Shown piece after piece: positions 58,914-64,000 of a stretch of DNA of 64,000 bases; positions within the stretch are counted from its first letter, which is position 1, and each line of letters starts with the position of its first letter. The stretch lies in contig CM106585.1 of assembly GCA_048013815.1 (NCBI GenBank), positions 2,108,001-2,172,000 of the forward strand, written 5' to 3'. Made by a program: the position numbers and the translations under genes. The stretch comes from Setoptus koraiensis (taxonomy: Eukaryota; Animalia; Arthropoda). The notes beneath the pieces are model-generated. The model made no database searches and was not told where the DNA came from. It worked only from the letters and a program-made list of their open reading frames with translations.

Positions 58914-61900
58914 ATGAGCGAGCAATGTCCACAATCATCATCGAAAAAAAGAAATGTTTTACATAGATTGAAAATATTCCACAGTAACTCTTCGAATGCG
59001 TCTCAGGTAACGCCTGGTGACAACACAATAGCAGCAGATCAAAGCAAACATAAACTTGGCAAAATGATAATATTGCCTGTAAAATGTCACATCAAATCAG
59101 TTCAAGGCGAATTGATGCGCGAGATTACGATTCATGTAAGTCATAAATTAATAGTACCTTGTTATCTTCATCCTACAAGCCTCCTGCAAAAAAACTTGTT
59201 ATGCAAAATTATCTGATGTAACATGTTTATTCTGTGACAAATTATGTGCTGCGATTAGAAACACCATACTGGTCAGTATTTGTTGGGTAATCTCAGAGAG
59301 GCTCTCAATCTATTGGATACAAAATGTTTTGGACTCAAAATAGCTGGTCACATTGACGATCAAGAGGATCTAGTGAAATCGGTGAGTTATAACCACTTTT
59401 CATCCATCAATTATCTCTTCCTATTTGCACATACAAACTCTAGAAACCCGTTATAATAATAATAATTTGATTTAATAATAATTGTCATCCTCAATAATCA
59501 AATAGCGTTGGATCGATCTCTCACTGTCGGTGTACAAACAAATTAAAGGTGAGAACTATAGCTTTCAACTTTTTAACAACTTTTATAACTAATCTAAACA
59601 TCTCTAGTAATGTAGATTGACTGTTTTGTTGCTATTTACTCTCTTATATTCAGAGCTCAGGAAACATATCAACATCTGGCAGGATGACGATACCAAAGAA
59701 ACACATTGTGTCGTTTTCTATTTACGTCTCAAGTTTTATCCTCCAAATCCTTACCGCATCAATGATGTATTTACTCAAAACTATTTGTGGTTGCAACTTC
59801 GAAGAGATTTGCGAGTAGGAAAGTTGACTAGTACATTTAACAACATGGCTACTCTTGCAGCTTGCATCCTACAATGTAAGTCTCCCTGTTTCTTTTTGAG
59901 TCTCACTAACTGACTATTTTTTTAAATATAATACAATGTACTATATCTCTTTCTTCGCCTATTGTCGCTTATATTGTAGTTGAATTTGGTAACTATTCAG
60001 ATCTATCGACATTGGACATGAACCAATATTGCTCTCGCATTCAAATACTACCAAATCAAAAATCCATTGAGAGATTAATTATACAAATTCATCAAACCGA
60101 ATTGTGTGACATGACTGCTCAGCAAGCTCAAATGCATTTCCTCGAAGTGTAAGTAAAAGTGTTCTTCGCTTTATTCTAAGCCCCACTTAGGCCCATGACC
60201 ACCCGTTGCAATTACAAAACTAATCAATGACAACTTTATTTACTTTGTAAAACTATTTCTAAATTATGTTGTGTCCTCACCACAGGGCCGTCACTCTGGA
60301 AACATACGGATTTGACTATTACCCAGTGAGAGATCACCAAAAACAAAGGGGCATGCTTTTGGGCTTTAATTATGCTGGCATAAAAACCATCAGAAACGGC
60401 CGAGTGCTACATCATTTTAAGTGGCACTCTATTCGCAAGATTACATACGAGAGACGCATGATTATTCTACATACATCCATTGACAACGTAAGCTACACAC
60501 CTGTCCACAGTCTTGCTATTATGTTTGGAACTGAGTTTATTCTAGCTTAGATTGTAACTTTTGTCTATTCTATTCCATTATGTTTATCTATTACCTTTTT
60601 CTATGAACAGAAAAAACAAATCATTGGATTCAAGTGCCCCTCTCTGAATGACTGCAATAATTTGTACCATAGACTTTTGGAACAAAGATACTTCTTTACG
60701 TAAGTGTTTCATGATGGCTAACTTTCCTATGATTTCAATCTATCTATCGATCAGCTTAATCAATTAATTAATCATAAATTGCATGAATCATTATTGTTTG
60801 ATATTTGAAATCATTACATTCAGTATTGATTTGGTGTCCTTTGAAGCTTGCTTGAAGAGATCTTGCCTACGCCAATCAATGTCAACAGATGAATACAGAA
60901 GACTAAGTAGGCAAAGTTTGAATTGTAGTTCAACAAATTCTGTATATCCCAGTAGTCGAGATTATTCGTACTCTTACAATAACAACAACAACAACAACGT
61001 CTATAATAGAAATAATATACATAGATATGATCATGAAGAGAGGGCAGCTTCTGGTAGTAGCAATGTTCCCAGTTCCAGATTTCGACTGACCAACACTGTG
61101 TCGGATCATTCTTTAAGCAGCGGTCTACATAGTCATACCTTGAGACGATTTCAAGCTAAATTGCAGCGCCAACATTCAGTATTCTTTGCCGATAGCAGAG
61201 CCACTAGTCCAGTTTTTGTCGAGGATTATGAGGATAGAGATGAGCCCTCTAATTGCAATTATTATTCGAGACATTACCAATCATCTAATCAGGATGAAGA
61301 ATTTGTTAATAAGCAGCAATTAAAAAGGACAAATTTGTCACCAGCCGGTGAATCGATATCAACAATGTCATCGATGCCATCAAGAACTGTATCATTTAGT
61401 CAGATATCTCAGCTATCTAATGATGATTCCGATCCAGCCTTAATTAACTGTTTCATGTCAGATGATTCTAGCTCGGACGGCACAACGGAGGAATCTTCAA
61501 CTAGAAAATGTTTGCTCCTTAAACACAGACACTGCTCTAGAGAACAAGATATGGTTGAGAACACACTTGAAGTTGATGCCGACATCAGCAATAAGCGTCA
61601 ATCTCGTTGTTGGACGATTAACGTTGACCAGGTAAAACAATGCTCAAAGTATATATTAGTTAAAATATGGTTTCCTATTGTATTTACAGCGCAACGAGTT
61701 CCTTTTTTGGTATCTAGAGGCCACTCCAAACTCAGAACAATACATGACAGCTCATCATTATTCGTAACTGAAAATATTCGTCACATTGCGATGCCGTTGA
61801 GGTCAATGATGATAAACAGCAATGAAGCAAGCAACAACCGCCAGATATTAATCAATATAATGAAATTGGGTGTGATAATATTATTATTTCAAATGTCTTG

Positions 61901-61949
61901 CATTGTGACAAGACCCTTATTTGATTGCTTATTTGACAGGTTATTCTGA
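58914..61949 (+). CDS. FERM-domain protein, FRMD3/FRMD5-like, at least 8 exons, hydrophobic C-terminus
   Basis: GT-AG exons 58914-59135, 59259-59381, 59506-59548, 59654-59875, 59980-60148, 60286-60487, 60611-60699 and 60824-61949 stay in frame. Motifs GQYLL..L...LNLLDTKCFGL, RWIDL, LKFYPPNP, YLWLQLRRDL..GKL, LAACILQFEFGNY, LETYGFD. A possible extra 5' coding exon at ~58275-58399 could splice to an AG at 58907-58908. Confidence 0.88.
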
Positions 61950-61998
61950 TATCAATTGTTTATGTTTAATAAAAGTTAACTAAATGTAAAACCATTTT

Positions 61999-62547
61999 TC
62001 ACACCTTCATATTGGATATACCGAGTAGTTCTCTCAAACATTGATTCTCTGCTTGAAGCCTGGTCAAGAGCTCCATGAAATTGTTGTGGTTGTTGTCATC
62101 TATGTTTATGGCCTCCTTCATGACTGTGGCCATCTCAACAATCTTTTCTGTTTTTTCATTTACCTCACTTGTCTTGTCTATATTGCCACTAGGAGCTAGT
62201 TCCCTCTTGTTCAATTCTAACAGTTGTGTCACTTGTGCTCTGTATTTAGACATTATTAGATCTAAAGCCATCTGATGGTCCTCTAAAGAGTATTTGAGTT
62301 CCTTATTCTCTTGCTCCAGATATCTTATCTGACAGTGCTCACGCTGTATAGAATCTATAATGGAATTTCTCAAATTGAAATTTGTTTGTGAGTTTATCGC
62401 TTTGGCGTGCTCCTCATATTCCTTCATCAATGTTAGTTTAGTGTGTAAATCTTGCGCTGAGTTGAGAACATTCTTAGAAATATTGTCGCAATCTTCCAAT
62501 TGGGCACAAACCCTTTTGGCCAGTTCGATCCCGTTTGTAGCGGTCAT
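61999..62547 (-). CDS. FGFR1OP2: FGFR1OP2/SIKE family coiled-coil protein (STRIPAK subunit)
   Basis: MKEYEE...IQREHCQIRYLEQENKELKYSLEDHQMALDLIMSKYRAQV...KIVEMATVMKEAINID...RLQAENQCLRELLGIS. Confidence 0.92.
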   Translation of the reverse strand: MTATNGIELAKRVCAQLEDCDNISKNVLNSAQDLHTKLTLMKEYEEHAKAINSQTNFNLRNSIIDSIQREHCQIRYLEQENKELKYSLEDHQMALDLIMSKYRAQVTQLLELNKRELAPSGNIDKTSEVNEKTEKIVEMATVMKEAINIDDNNHNNFMELLTRLQAENQCLRELLGISNMKV

Positions 62548-62689
62548 TTTATACCTTTTAGTAGTGATAAATGGTAGTGATTACATAAATGATTTCTATG
62601 AAAATAAATAAACGTAAACAAATCAATGAATATTTGATTTGTTTACTTTCAATTTTCCAACATCGAACAGTTGTCGAAGTAAAAGAAGT

Positions 62690-62704
62690 GGCGCGAAATT
62701 TGAA
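62690..62704. promoter_or_regulatory. E2F site fused to CHR-like TTTGAA in a probable bidirectional promoter
   Basis: GGCGCGAAATTTGAA: TTTCGCGCC on the minus strand plus TTTGAA, ~140 nt upstream of the FGFR1OP2 ATG. Confidence 0.5.
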
Positions 62705-62962
62705 AGTTCAAACAACCAAATTCAATTGTGATATAGAGGACGATTAACTAACACTACAGTGAGTATGAATGAGATAATGAATGAATGAATTATATCTGAT
62801 GATGAGGATGATGCTCCTTTAATCCGACTGCTGTTGCTGCTAACAACTTTCTTCGGCTACCACTCATACTACTGTTACACCGAGTTATTTGTGAGTATGT
62901 GTGTGTTGTAATTAAAAATTATAATTGCTAATTTTAATTGTAGGTTTGGCCCAGCTATTATC

Positions 62963-62985
62963 ATGGTTGCTCATCGTATCATTGG
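62963..62985 (+). CDS. Possible first coding exon (MVAHRII G...) of a gene continuing beyond the window
   Basis: Acceptor ttgtag at 62943, ATG at 62963, strong donor GTAAGT at 62986. Confidence 0.3.
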
Positions 62986-64000
62986 GTAAGTAGATACTAA
63001 TGATTCGCTTCTTTCAATTCGGCTCCATTCAATACCTTAAACAACAACTTGCACATTGTTGTTGCATATCAGTTGCAGCGACGACGAGAGACGAGAGAAA
63101 GAAACAAGAGCTTCGCAATTGCATGGATAAAATAATGAAAATAATAGTAGTAGTGATAAATGGAATTATTTAAATATTTGAATTTGTGTGCGCATCAACA
63201 GCAACAACAGTCAATTGGGGAAGCATCTCGACCAATTCATTTTATAGGCACTCACACTTGTACTCATAGATGGATTACCTGTAGCGTTATGTCGGTGCCG
63301 CCTATGTTTTTCATCATTTATCCAACCTATAATATGAGTGTGTGTGTGTGTGTGTGAGTGACCTCTAACAAGTTGATTAATTGTTGATTGTATGATAGTC
63401 AAATTAATAGTTGTTAAAAAATATCTTTCTCTCTCTCTCTCTGTTTCTGACCGATAGAATGTATCCCATTTCAACTGTTACATTGAACGAATTAAATCAG
63501 CTCTCTGCTTGCCACCGATTCCATTGATCAGACAATCAAACGATTCATTAATGTTGCAACATAGTTGTGTTTGTGTGTTGCGCAATCAATGTTGAGATAT
63601 TGTTGCTATTAAAACTCATTGGAAACACATTATCGCTGCCACTCGAACCTGATACGCAATACAATCAAATGTAATGTTAATGAAATGTTGCATAACTAGC
63701 CATTGAATGCGCACAATTGGCCCGTTTAATTGTTGGCTAGTTGCATGCAAGGCCAACAATTAGACTATCTATATTTATATATCTCTATATGAACACACCA
63801 TTCATGATTCATCTTTTTTTCTGAGGGATCTTTTTTGCGATGCCTGATGCTGCAACGTTTAAAAAAAAAACACAGCAAGTCTGTTTATATATATGATACT
63901 TGGTTACTTTTTTTTTATTCGTAACCAACACTCACAGTGTACTAACACATTACTGGCTGCAAATAACTAATCTGGCTAGAAATAAAAAGAAACTTTGTTT

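Noticed and set aside
62515-62545. GTTCGATCC T-loop-like motif suggesting a tRNA
   Set aside because: Lies inside the FGFR1OP2 CDS; no cloverleaf. No tRNA or rRNA found in the window.

Overview
Eukaryotic, not prokaryotic: GT-AG introns, microsatellites and two 500-N scaffold gaps. Short introns, poly-Q/N proteins and tight gene packing fit a compact arthropod genome, most plausibly an acariform (eriophyoid-like) mite; this taxon call is inference. Gene-dense left block (5.5-24 kb): Requiem/d4-domain protein, TBC1D2-like Rab-GAP, secreted Pro/Gln-rich protein, endophilin B, CENP-B/Tigger HTH-only protein, APC11, SGF29, MOB1/Mats-like and an intronless cadherin. Then a ~21 kb non-coding desert rich in short tandem arrays and CAGGTAR motifs. 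Right block (44.9-64 kb): large secreted His/Gln-rich protein, BTB-BACK-Kelch, an internally deleted paralog of the His-rich gene, RUNDC1, FRMD3/5-like FERM protein and FGFR1OP2/SIKE. The strongest lead is an apparently rewired Fat-Hippo growth-control pair. It consists of a Fat-like cadherin cut to ~8 repeats (no EGF/LamG, low-complexity tail with a PPxY), lying tail-to-tail with a MOB1 that lacks its Hippo-phosphorylated N-terminus. Several other proteins here also appear to have lost a domain. All homology calls come from recalled family motifs; no database search was run.
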